Below, one piece after another: positions 28,528-37,752 of a stretch of 64,000 nt of DNA. Every line of letters starts with the position of its first letter. Positions within the stretch are counted from its first letter, which is position 1. Source of the stretch: Syntrophales bacterium (lineage in GTDB: Bacteria > Desulfobacterota > Syntrophia > Syntrophales > PHBD01); assembly GCA_963668175.1 (NCBI GenBank), contig OY764159.1:4288001-4352000 (forward strand), in the 5' to 3' direction. Under the pieces are notes generated by a model that ran no database searches, was not told the DNA's origin, and worked only from the letters and a program-made list of their open reading frames with translations. Both the position numbers and the translations under genes were made by a program.

Positions 28528-30029
28528 CTGAAATGAATATTATGTAATGGAAGTTTCCGGTTATATTTTTCCCAGAATTTCCAGTACTTCAGAAGCAATT
28601 TCCAATCGATATCAAAAGAATACCAGTTATGGTCAACTCTAAATTTCGCGATGATATGGAAAAGCCTGTATAACCATTTAACATTTCCCTTCATCATCTT
28701 CCTCTTCATGACATCTGAAGGAAAGGCGGCAGGCAAATAGTATTTATCTTTTTTCATTACCTCATCTTCCATCTTTCTCGAAACCCATGGCATACGATTC
28801 TTCCTGGCACTAAAATCTTTCCATCCTTCCAGGGTTTCCGGCTCCTTAAATCCTTGCTGAATAGCTTTTTTGTATAGAGAGCTTATAGGATATGGCGTAT
28901 AAAAGTTGACCGGCACGATAGCCTCCGGGTCTCGTTCTTTTATTTCCTTAACAATTTGAAATACTTTTGAGATTTCTCCTTCTGGCTCACCCGGCATCCC
29001 AATGATAAAACTATAAAGTCCTCTTATATTGTGTCGTGCAAGTTTTTCCACACATTCCATCAAGTCGTCCAACTTCTGGTCTTTTTTTATGTAGTCCATC
29101 ATTTCCTGACTTCCGGCTTCAACACCAGGATGAAGGATATCACAGCCGGATTGCTTTAACAGACTGAGCATTTCTTCATTCATTCTGGCAATCGTTGTAT
29201 ATCGCGCCGTTGCAACCCATTTGACATTCAGTCTTCTGCGAATCATTTCCGTACAGAATTCTTTTAGATGGTTGATTGTCAGTACGAATGTCGGATCCTG
29301 AAAACTAATCTCAGTCACCCCATAGTCATTTACCAGTCTTTCGATTTCATCAACTGTACGTTGAGGTGTGTACCTAACCGATTTTCTAAGATAAACAATA
29401 GGTTCAGCACAGAATTCACATCTAAAGGGACAGCCTTGTTGCGTCCTAATGGTTGTATAGGTATCTGCAGGCGTGCTGGGTCTTCCCGGATATTTTTTGA
29501 GATCGATTAAATGGTAAGCCAAGGAAGGGAATTCATTTATATCCTGCAATTCCCTCATTCCGTTGTCAACAATCACGCCATTCTTCTTATAGAGCAACCC
29601 TTTTATCGAACTTGGGTCTCCATCTTTCTGAAAGACTCTGAGAAGTTCAGTAAACGTTATTTCTCCCTGTCCCCTGACAACATAGTCAATATAAGCATTG
29701 CTCAATGTCTGATGGGGTAAGAGTGACGGATGCCATCCGCCCCAAACGATAGGAATGTTTGGCGCAATTTCTTTTATTTTTCGTGATAGCTCTATACCAT
29801 CAGCAATCTGAGGCCCTGTTAAAGATGTAATCCCTACAGCCAGGCAGTCCTGAAGATCGCCCAATATTTTCTCCTTGGCATCACGGTTGATTCGCTTGTC
29901 ATAAATAACAACCTTAAATCCTTCCTTCTCCAGAAATGCGCCTAAAGCCATTAAGGAAAGAGGCGGTGCGATCATAGCAAGATTTTCTAATGTATCGGGG
30001 AAATATAAAATAACCTTAGAATGATTCAT
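28521..30029 (-). CDS. cobalamin-binding radical SAM protein (class B methyltransferase-like)
   Basis: N-terminal B12 domain (PPLSL...VGITS...IVWGGWHPS, GQGE), GCPFRCEFC, GVEAGSQ, FIIGMPGE, TPYP. Confidence 0.92.
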   Translation of the reverse strand: MNHSKVILYFPDTLENLAMIAPPLSLMALGAFLEKEGFKVVIYDKRINRDAKEKILGDLQDCLAVGITSLTGPQIADGIELSRKIKEIAPNIPIVWGGWHPSLLPHQTLSNAYIDYVVRGQGEITFTELLRVFQKDGDPSSIKGLLYKKNGVIVDNGMRELQDINEFPSLAYHLIDLKKYPGRPSTPADTYTTIRTQQGCPFRCEFCAEPIVYLRKSVRYTPQRTVDEIERLVNDYGVTEISFQDPTFVLTINHLKEFCTEMIRRRLNVKWVATARYTTIARMNEEMLSLLKQSGCDILHPGVEAGSQEMMDYIKKDQKLDDLMECVEKLARHNIRGLYSFIIGMPGEPEGEISKVFQIVKEIKERDPEAIVPVNFYTPYPISSLYKKAIQQGFKEPETLEGWKDFSARKNRMPWVSRKMEDEVMKKDKYYLPAAFPSDVMKRKMMKGNVKWLYRLFHIIAKFRVDHNWYSFDIDWKLLLKYWKFWEKYNRKLPLHNIHFRW

Positions 30030-30203
30030 GACAATACCAGATTGATTACATGTTCAAATAATGCCTGAACTTCAGTGTTCATTGATCACGAGCAGCCTTA
30101 CGGACTATTCGGCTGATACAGCTCCGCCCTCTGGATTACACCAGAAGGCCGCCTCAGCAATCAGCCAGTCAAATGATCGAATCTTTACCAGCACATCTCC
30201 CGC

Positions 30204-30587
30204 TTAAAACGGGATTTTATCCTGCAGCGGTGCCGCTGTTTTTTCGCCAGCACCGACTTCATTCTTCAACTGCCTTATCTCGGCTTCCAGTTTTTCGTAT
30301 TCTTCCATTTTTCTTCGGAGAAAGTGATAGGTCGCCCGTGTTTTTTCTTCAAAGCCACGGGGGGTCAGGAAATAGAGATAGGCACTTTTTTGTTTGGAAT
30401 TCTTGAAGTTTTCCGCCTTGATCAGACCCTTATCTATTAATGCCTTGATAAGGAAATTGATCTTTCCGAGGCTCAATCCGAGACGCGACGACAGCTCCCG
30501 TTGGGTCATTTCCGGATTGGAACCTATTTCCCGGAGTACCCGCAGAGCCTCTTCCGTTTCCAGGTCGGTTTTGACGTTATCAGGCAT
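30204..30587 (-). CDS. MarR family EPS-associated transcriptional regulator
   Basis: [27 protein letters not shown]...[19 protein letters not shown], the signature of MarR regulators found before EPS clusters. Start set to ATG 30587. Confidence 0.92.
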   Translation of the reverse strand: MPDNVKTDLETEEALRVLREIGSNPEMTQRELSSRLGLSLGKINFLIKALIDKGLIKAENFKNSKQKSAYLYFLTPRGFEEKTRATYHFLRRKMEEYEKLEAEIRQLKNEVGAGEKTAAPLQDKIPF

Positions 30588-30594
30588 CAAGAAC

Positions 30595-30623
30595 CCCATC
30601 TGTTCAAGGTGTGAACAGATGGG
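30595..30623. promoter_or_regulatory. perfect inverted repeat CCCATCTGTTCA-N5-TGAACAGATGGG, candidate MarR operator
   Basis: 12-bp arms with a 5-nt spacer, between the marR start codon and its putative promoter. Confidence 0.7.
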
Positions 30624-30624
30624 A

Positions 30625-30653
30625 TAACTACGGGATTTCTAAAATATTGTCAA
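30625..30653 (-). promoter_or_regulatory. putative sigma70 promoter of marR and the glycan cluster
   Basis: TTGACA (30653-30648), 17 nt, then TAGTTA on the minus strand. Confidence 0.55.
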
Positions 30654-30702
30654 GAAAAAAATGGATTTAGCGACGGTCGACGGAAAGGTTATCCATGATA
30701 AG

Positions 30703-31632
30703 TCAGCGTGTGTTGTTGTCAGGCCGTAAATGCCACAGGATAAGACGGGAGTAGACGATCTGTTTGTTCCTGATTTCATTATGCAATCCCATGGTCAGGA
30801 CTGTCGCGGCCGACGTAAGCAGCCAATCGGCGAGGAGACGCATAAAAATGACGCCGGCGACCAGCCGATAATAGGAGAGGGCATGCCATTTATGAAAAAA
30901 CTTGTAACGGGAACGGTAAAATTCAATGCGGGAACGAACGTCCTTGCCGATACTCTGCCCCTGAAGATGGTAGATAAAAGCCGTCGGTACGTGAAAAATC
31001 TTCCAGCCCGCCTTCTTCATCGCATAGGCCCAATCCGTCTCTTCAAAAAAGAAAAAATAACGCTCATCGAGCTCACCCACCTCGTCGACGGCCTTTTTCC
31101 TGACGAGAAGGCAGGCGCCGATCCCGGAATCGACCTCGATCGGCTCCTTATAACGGTGTCTCTTGCTGGGATATTTTCGCGGCAGCAGATACTCGAGCAG
31201 GGGTGTATTCGTCATGAGGGTCAACAGCGTAGGAAAGCAGGCCACGGAATTCTGCTTGCTGCCGTCGGCATTAAGGAGCTGCCCGCAGGCCATCGCCGCC
31301 TCCGGGCAAGTTTCCATAAAGGAAAACAACTCCCGGACGGCGTTTTCCTGAAGAATCGTATCGGTATTTAGGAGCAGGGCGTAACGCCCGGACATGACCC
31401 GGAGGCCCTGGTTGTTGGCCGCGGCGAATCCGAGATTACGGCTGTTTTCGATCAGCCGGACGTGAGGAAAGAAGTTTCGCAGCATGTCGGTGCTGCCGTC
31501 CTGGGACCCGTTATCGACAACGATTATTTCATAGGACAAATCTTTTACCGTCCGCTCTATGGAGACCAGGCAGTTCTTGAGCAGCTCGTTCGTGTTCCAG
31601 TTGACGATGATAATCGAAATATCTTTAACCAT
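30703..31632 (-). CDS. glycosyltransferase family 2 (WbbL/rhamnosyltransferase-like)
   Basis: SIIIVNWN, VVDNGSQDG, NLGFAAANN, LLNTD, FFEETDW. Start set to ATG 31632. Confidence 0.9.
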   Translation of the reverse strand: MVKDISIIIVNWNTNELLKNCLVSIERTVKDLSYEIIVVDNGSQDGSTDMLRNFFPHVRLIENSRNLGFAAANNQGLRVMSGRYALLLNTDTILQENAVRELFSFMETCPEAAMACGQLLNADGSKQNSVACFPTLLTLMTNTPLLEYLLPRKYPSKRHRYKEPIEVDSGIGACLLVRKKAVDEVGELDERYFFFFEETDWAYAMKKAGWKIFHVPTAFIYHLQGQSIGKDVRSRIEFYRSRYKFFHKWHALSYYRLVAGVIFMRLLADWLLTSAATVLTMGLHNEIRNKQIVYSRLILWHLRPDNNTR

Positions 31633-31693
31633 AGAGGTATATCGGCCAGATCCCGGCCCAATGTGCGATAATCGCAACAGAATAGCTGAAAGT

Positions 31694-32467
31694 TCACGCT
31701 TTCCGGCGGTTCTTCCGCACCAATTCGCTCAGTTTGGCATATTTAAAAAATTTGTTCACCGAATCCGTCACCGCAAGCGTCAGTCCCTGAAAACCGTCCA
31801 GCATGCCCAATCGTAAGAAGTAGTTCTGGAAGAAAACGAGGCCGGCGCGCAGGAATGCATACCCGACCGTGGCCCTTTTTCCAGCGGCGAAAGATTCCTG
31901 GGCTCCCAGGGTGGAGTATCGGTCGATTTTAAAGAGAATAGCGGAAAGGCGGCTTTCCGTCAGATGAATGAGGGGAACGTCCAAATCGACAACTTGGCCG
32001 GAAACCTCGACGGCCTCGTGTACGGCGGCCTTCGACATCTTGCCTTCATTCTTTCTGAAGAGTCTCGTGATCCTGTCCGGCCACCAGCCGGCATGCCTGA
32101 TCCACCGTCCCTGAAAATAATTCTTCCGGGGAAAACTGTACCCGCTGGCCGCACTTTGGGAACCGGCGACGATTTCCCTGATTTTCGCTTCCGTCTCCGG
32201 GGGTACCCGCTCGTCCGCATCCAGGACGAGGATCCACGGGCATTCGCACCTGTCGATGGCCAGCTGCTTCTGGGGACCGAAGCCATGCCACCCCTCACTG
32301 TAGACGTCGCAGCCGAAATCGGCCGCAATACGAATGGTGTTGTCCGTGCTGCCTGAATCGATAACGACAATCTGACGGGCAAAGGCCGCGCTCCGGAGAC
32401 AATCGGGGAGGTTCTCCTCCTCGTTCTTCGTGATGATGGCTACGGAAAGGGGAATTTTATCTGCCAT
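31694..32467 (-). CDS. glycosyltransferase family 2, WaaE/KdtX-like LPS core glucosyltransferase
   Basis: AIITKNEE, IDSGSTD, GFGPQKQ, LDADER, WWPD, VHE, LGMLDGFQG. Start set to ATG 32467. Confidence 0.9.
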   Translation of the reverse strand: MADKIPLSVAIITKNEEENLPDCLRSAAFARQIVVIDSGSTDNTIRIAADFGCDVYSEGWHGFGPQKQLAIDRCECPWILVLDADERVPPETEAKIREIVAGSQSAASGYSFPRKNYFQGRWIRHAGWWPDRITRLFRKNEGKMSKAAVHEAVEVSGQVVDLDVPLIHLTESRLSAILFKIDRYSTLGAQESFAAGKRATVGYAFLRAGLVFFQNYFLRLGMLDGFQGLTLAVTDSVNKFFKYAKLSELVRKNRRKA

Positions 32468-33122
32468 ATCTGTCCATAACCATGAATCCGTTGCAGCAGC
32501 TGTAATGCTTGATGACCCAGCCGTCATGCAATTCGATAAAATCTTTCTCTTCTTCGAACGGCCGGCCGAAATAGCCTTCGATGGCCCTGATGACCCCCCT
32601 TTCGTTATCCCAACCCTGCCCCGTGCTGCCGTCTCTTCTTACAAAGACATCGTGCATGTTGGTGTCGTGAAAGAAGACCTTGGCCCTTTTGGCCAGAAAG
32701 GGAAACCAGGATTTGATCTCGGCAACCGTATGATCGTAGAGATGACTCGTATCGATAAAAAGGATGTCGATCACCGGTTCAATCTGACGGCTCCGGCACC
32801 AATCGGCAAATGACGAGGCGAAAGCGATGTCGTCCTGTCGGACGAAGATCCGGTCGCTGTAAGTCGATACATCGCGGCAATCCTCGATGTCCACACTGAC
32901 GAGAACCGCCTCCCATAGCCTGGCGACTCGCTCGAAGACAAAGGTCGATTCGCCGTCTCCGACACCGAGTTCGACAATGAGTCCGGGGGCAATGTCCAGA
33001 CACTCGGTAAACATTGTCTCTAAATGGTCGCTGATGTCCGTCTTCCGCACGGAAACGCGCTGCCGGATGTCTGCGACCGCCTTCCTGAGGGTCCCCTTAT
33101 TGAACCGATCGATAAACGCCAT
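32457..33122 (-). CDS. class I SAM methyltransferase (Methyltransf_24-like)
   Basis: VELGVGDGEST, ILFIDTSHLY, FFHDT. Confidence 0.82.
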   Translation of the reverse strand: MAFIDRFNKGTLRKAVADIRQRVSVRKTDISDHLETMFTECLDIAPGLIVELGVGDGESTFVFERVARLWEAVLVSVDIEDCRDVSTYSDRIFVRQDDIAFASSFADWCRSRQIEPVIDILFIDTSHLYDHTVAEIKSWFPFLAKRAKVFFHDTNMHDVFVRRDGSTGQGWDNERGVIRAIEGYFGRPFEEEKDFIELHDGWVIKHYSCCNGFMVMDRYGR

Positions 33123-33135
33123 TGCTATTTCCCTT

Positions 33136-34059
33136 TTAATCGTAAGCGATATCCTGCTCGAAAGGCAGATAGATATTCTTCTCGAATCGCCGCAACAATT
33201 TCGGATAATCAGAAATCGTTTTACCTTTTAATAATCTGTAAATGTTGATATCGGAATCCAGATCGGGCCACTTTTCATCCCATAGCCTGCGGATTGCCTC
33301 CGGCCAGCATTGATCGATATAACCGGCATGGCTCTTTTCCCTGGCGTTGTTCTTCTCCGTCACCTTATGGTAATGCCAGACGAATGAATCCGTACTTATC
33401 GCCGTGCAGCCTCCTCCCAGAAAACAACGCAGTGAGAAATCGTTGTTCTCGTAGCACGCCTTCCACCGCTCGTCAAAGTAACCTATTTTGTCAAATATTT
33501 CCCTGCGCCAGAACATCACATTCAGTTCGACGCCGATGGCCCTCAGATACGGCGGGTTCGACCGGCCCAGCACTTTATCGAGGAACGGCCTGTTGGCCTT
33601 GAGTCCCCGCAGATCGACATGATCGGCACCAAATGGTTCCGCCGGCTGCCATCGCTGGTAATCCACATCGCTCTTGTCGGTAAAGGGCGTAGCCTGGTAA
33701 ACCTCGGAAATTTGCACTTTCTCAAAGAGATCCTCATCCATGCCCGACGTGACAAGGACGTCCGATGTAATAAGGCCGATCACGGGGGCCTTGCACGTGC
33801 GCACAAAATAGTTGATCGCCCGGCTGATGCCGACATTGCGGTTGAGGAGGATCGTCGAAAACCCGAAACGGTTCTGTAATTCCACCAGCCAGTGCCGGTG
33901 CGCCGGAGTCGTTCCCTGATCCAGAAGATAGACATCGCACGTAAGCTTCGGGCTCTTCCGCGCGTAGAAGGTCTCGACGACGGTTTCCAGAACGCCCTTC
34001 GCGCCTTCTTCGCCGTCGGGATTGTAATTGAGAATCATGTATGCAATATCGGGAACCAT
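33136..34059 (-). CDS. glycosyltransferase family 2
   Basis: NVGISRAIN, ITSD, IGYFDER...YENNDF, VWHYH. Confidence 0.75.
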   Translation of the reverse strand: MVPDIAYMILNYNPDGEEGAKGVLETVVETFYARKSPKLTCDVYLLDQGTTPAHRHWLVELQNRFGFSTILLNRNVGISRAINYFVRTCKAPVIGLITSDVLVTSGMDEDLFEKVQISEVYQATPFTDKSDVDYQRWQPAEPFGADHVDLRGLKANRPFLDKVLGRSNPPYLRAIGVELNVMFWRREIFDKIGYFDERWKACYENNDFSLRCFLGGGCTAISTDSFVWHYHKVTEKNNAREKSHAGYIDQCWPEAIRRLWDEKWPDLDSDINIYRLLKGKTISDYPKLLRRFEKNIYLPFEQDIAYD

Positions 34060-34148
34060 TTTCCCCCTGAATCCTGAATATCCGATTGCAACAAGTGGCT
34101 CTCCATATCACAGATTGTGTGAAAAAATAATGAAATATATCATACCCT

Positions 34149-35159
34149 ATGCTAGTAGGAGCTTCCGGCCGGATCAGGCTCGTCAGTTCGTTCCTGCTAA
34201 CAAAGAGAAGGGCGCCGGAAACGAAAGAAGGAGGCCGATGTAACATCTTGTTGAAGCTTCTACCGGGACAGTGGCGTCCATTCTTAGCCCTGGCTCTCCT
34301 GGCCTCGATCTGGGGATACAACTGGGTCATCATGAAGAAGTCCCTTCAGTACATGGGACCGCTCGACTTCAATGCCGCCCGGATATTCTTCGGGGCCATT
34401 GTCCTTTTTATCTACATGCTCTTGAAAGGCTTTCCGCTGAAGCCTAGGCAGGTCACCCTGACCTTGCTGGTGGGGCTGTTCCAGACGACGGCAAGCACGG
34501 GACTTACCGTCTGGGCGCTGGCCGGCGGCGGAGTAGGCAAAACAGCGATCCTAGTCTATACATTGCCTTTTTGGATGTTGTTATTTGCCCGGTTGCTTCT
34601 TTCCGAAAAGATATACGGCATCAATTGGATACCTGTCATCATGGGGTTTATCGGCCTGGCCGTGCTTTTTGAACCCTGGTCGCCGAAGAATCTCGTCAGT
34701 TCCATTCTGGCCGTAACTTCGGGTATCTTTTGGGCATTGGGGGCTGTCATCATCAAAGTTGCGCAACGGAAACCGGGATTCGACATCATCCCCCTCACGG
34801 CATGGCAGCTCCTCTGCGGGTCCATTCCTCTCGTCATAGCCGCCATCCTCATACCTTCACGGCCCGTCAACTGGACACCTTATCTCATGTTTTCCATTGT
34901 TTACAATGCCGTCATCGTTTGCGCCGTCGCCTTTCTTCTCTGGACGTATATCATCCAGAAACTGCCCGCCGGAATCGCAGGCATGGGCACCCTGGCCATA
35001 CCCGTTATCGGTGCCGGAGCTTCTGTCTATGAGCTCGGCGAAAGGCCCGACACCTGGGAATCATGGGGCATGATCCTGATCGTTGCCGCCCTCGCGTTAT
35101 TGACATATCTCAGAAGCCGCGAAAACAAGCAGGTCAATACAGTGATAACTCCGGAATAA
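34149..35159 (+). CDS. EamA/DMT family transporter (true start probably near 34250)
   Basis: IWGYNW, about ten hydrophobic helices in two EamA repeats, LLSEK and LGERP ends. Confidence 0.9.
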   Translation: MLVGASGRIRLVSSFLLTKRRAPETKEGGRCNILLKLLPGQWRPFLALALLASIWGYNWVIMKKSLQYMGPLDFNAARIFFGAIVLFIYMLLKGFPLKPRQVTLTLLVGLFQTTASTGLTVWALAGGGVGKTAILVYTLPFWMLLFARLLLSEKIYGINWIPVIMGFIGLAVLFEPWSPKNLVSSILAVTSGIFWALGAVIIKVAQRKPGFDIIPLTAWQLLCGSIPLVIAAILIPSRPVNWTPYLMFSIVYNAVIVCAVAFLLWTYIIQKLPAGIAGMGTLAIPVIGAGASVYELGERPDTWESWGMILIVAALALLTYLRSRENKQVNTVITPE

Positions 35160-35505
35160 GGCTGCCCGTCTGAAAGAAGCCGGTTCAAAACGCGGATCAC
35201 CTGGACACGGAAGAAAAGAAAGAATACCGGCCTTTGCCTGACTGGCAGGAATCGCGAGAATCTACAGAGGCAGAGTATCTTCATTGCGAAGACGGCTTAA
35301 TATTACCCCGTACCGTCGCCACAAAGGACGAACGGATCGCGGAAAACGCCATATGGCCTGAAACGGGCGAAAACGAGTCAGGTTCATGTTTACAGTCAAC
35401 CGGCGAAATGATACATTATTCAGGCCTATTTAAGACAGCGGGATCAGCAGATATCGTATCTTCGCAGCAGAAGGACCGGCCTCCCGGAACGCAGGAGAAG
35501 AAACC

Positions 35506-36321
35506 ATGAAGATCGGATTCGTCCAACTAGACAGCATCTTTGGGGAAGTCGAACGGAATATAGAGGCAGCGGAACGCCTTATCGCAGGCATCGAGGCCGA
35601 CCTCATTGTTTTGCCCGAGTTTTTCAACTCAGGCTACCTCTTCACGTCCCAGAAGGAAGCCGACGATTTGGCCGAGGAAATCCCGAACGGTAAGACAACC
35701 CAAGCCCTTTCCCGGATAGCCCGGGAAAAAAACGCCTATATCGTTGCCGGCCTCCCCGAACGCAGCGGCAGGAATCTGTACAACTCCGCCGTTCTCGTCT
35801 CTCCGTCCGGTCATGTCGATACCTACCGGAAGGTACACCTCTTCAATGAGGAAAAACTCTGGTTCTCTCCGGGAGACAAGGGCTTTTCCGTTTACGATAT
35901 CGGTCCTTGCCGCATCGGCATCATGATCTGTTTTGACTGGTTCTTTCCCGAATCCATGCGCGTTTTGGCCCTCAAAGGGGCGGATATGATCTGCCATCCG
36001 GCCAATCTGGTCCTGCCCTTTTGTCAGGACGCCATGGTGACGCGCTGCCTGGAAAACCGCCTCTTCGCCGTCACAGCGAATCGCACGGGATCGGAAGCGA
36101 GGGGAGGCAAGACATTCAGGTACACAGGCAAAAGCCAGATTACGGGGCCAAACGCCCAAATCCTTCTCCGTGCCGGCAGTGACGGCGATGAGGCGGGCGT
36201 TTACGATATCGATATCACAAACGCCAGGAACAAACGGCTGAACCCGCATAACGATCTTTTCGGCGATCGCCGTACGAATTTTTATACGGATCTTACCGTT
36301 CAGGCCCGCAGGGAGGGCTGA
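35506..36321 (+). CDS. carbon-nitrogen hydrolase (nitrilase superfamily)
   Basis: E-K-C triad: LPEFF, YRKVHLF, ICFDW; ANRTG. Confidence 0.92.
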   Translation: MKIGFVQLDSIFGEVERNIEAAERLIAGIEADLIVLPEFFNSGYLFTSQKEADDLAEEIPNGKTTQALSRIAREKNAYIVAGLPERSGRNLYNSAVLVSPSGHVDTYRKVHLFNEEKLWFSPGDKGFSVYDIGPCRIGIMICFDWFFPESMRVLALKGADMICHPANLVLPFCQDAMVTRCLENRLFAVTANRTGSEARGGKTFRYTGKSQITGPNAQILLRAGSDGDEAGVYDIDITNARNKRLNPHNDLFGDRRTNFYTDLTVQARREG

Positions 36322-36447
36322 GGCGAATTGGGCTGTATCTTTTTGCCCATCCACCCAGACAGCCAATTTATGCTTGATATTAATAAACAATTGCGATAGC
36401 TATATCAGTATCTCAACGCACAGATAAAATACGAGGAGGACAGATTT

Positions 36448-36636
36448 ATGGCGACGATTATGCCCGAAGGAGAAAACATCCAGAAGGCCATCAAATGGGT
36501 ATCTTCCAATATTGAAGAAGACCCGAAGCAATCCATCCCCAAGCTCGTAGAGAAGGCGGTTTTCAAGTTCGATCTGTCGCCTGTTGATACGGAGTTCTTA
36601 ATCGGTTTTTTCCGAAGACGGGGATCGGAAAAATAA
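36448..36636 (+). CDS. small hypothetical protein (62 aa)
   Basis: Strong RBS (GAGGAG) before ATG; helical, protein-like composition; fills the gap between genes. Confidence 0.75.
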   Translation: MATIMPEGENIQKAIKWVSSNIEEDPKQSIPKLVEKAVFKFDLSPVDTEFLIGFFRRRGSEK

Positions 36637-36687
36637 GATCATCCTTTTTCAAAACCTTATAAAGCTATTGACCCAGACAAAGAGGGT

Positions 36688-37752
36688 ATGTCCGTCACAG
36701 AGAAGCCGGTGGTGATGAAACGCCATCGGGCCATGGTTTCGATCATCCTGAATCGTCCGGAGGCGCTGAACAGCCTCAGCGCCGACATGATCAGGCTTCT
36801 CACGGCGTACGTGCAGGAAGCCCTTGCCGATCCCGACTGCCGTTTTATTCTCTTCTATGGAAGCGGAAGAAAAGGTTTTTGCGCCGGAGCCGACATCAAG
36901 GAACTGGCGCAGGCCGCCATGGCCGGAGATGAAATCCGGTTGCTCCATTTCTTTAAAACCGAATATGCCCTGGACCTGATGATCCATAAAGCCGCCAAAC
37001 CGTTTATCGTTCTGGCGGAGGGCATTACGATGGGAGGAGGTTTGGGACTGGCCGCCGGCGCGGATTTGATCGTCGCGACGGAATCGACCCTGATGGCCAT
37101 GCCGGAAACGTTGATCGGCTTCTTTCCCGATGTCGGGGCTACGGGCTGGATGTTTACCCGCTGCCCTCCGGGATACCCCGAATATCTTGGACTTACGGGG
37201 CATCACACGACCGGTCCGGAATGTATAAGGCTGGGGCTTGCCACCCATCTAACGCGGTCCGAAAATATTTCGGATATGATCCGGATGCTCGAGAATTATT
37301 CGCCGGACGGAAACCTGCCGAGGCGCGTACTGACCGGTTTACTGTCCAGGCAACTGGCGCCATTCTTTGAACCCGCTATCCCGTCGGATCCGGAAATGGA
37401 TGCATGGGTTATTCGCCATTTTTCCGGCAAAGAGACAGTCAACGACATCGTCATTTCCCTTGGCCGATGTGAGGCCCATGATATAATCTGTAATCGGGCA
37501 TTAGGAAGCATTGCGGAACGTTCCCCGACTGCGCTTGCCGTCACGCTCCTCTTGCTTCGCCGCAATGGACACAGAATGCTGGATGAAGTATTTGAGGCGG
37601 AACTGAAAGCCGCGCGATACATGTCGAAGCATCCCGATTATGCAGAAGGCATCAGGGCGAGAATTATCGACCGGGACAACAAGCCCCGCTGGCAGCCGGA
37701 TTCTCACGATGCCGTTAATACAACGGAAATCGACTGGGAGCAATATTCTTGA
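36688..37752 (+). CDS. enoyl-CoA hydratase/isomerase family, 3-hydroxyisobutyryl-CoA hydrolase-like
   Basis: LNRPEALNSL, FCAGADI, MGGGLG, AMPETLIGFFPDVG, SPTAL, EGIRA...PRW. Confidence 0.9.
   Translation: MSVTEKPVVMKRHRAMVSIILNRPEALNSLSADMIRLLTAYVQEALADPDCRFILFYGSGRKGFCAGADIKELAQAAMAGDEIRLLHFFKTEYALDLMIHKAAKPFIVLAEGITMGGGLGLAAGADLIVATESTLMAMPETLIGFFPDVGATGWMFTRCPPGYPEYLGLTGHHTTGPECIRLGLATHLTRSENISDMIRMLENYSPDGNLPRRVLTGLLSRQLAPFFEPAIPSDPEMDAWVIRHFSGKETVNDIVISLGRCEAHDIICNRALGSIAERSPTALAVTLLLLRRNGHRMLDEVFEAELKAARYMSKHPDYAEGIRARIIDRDNKPRWQPDSHDAVNTTEIDWEQYS

Noticed and set aside
1..30029. Secreted aminoglycoside-type antibiotic cluster (B12-rSAM, BtrN-like rSAM, TobZ-like, DegT)
   Set aside because: No 2-deoxy-scyllo-inosose synthase, exporter or clear resistance gene; NeuB, SpsF, WbqC, PseG and the EPS-type MarR point to surface glycan synthesis.
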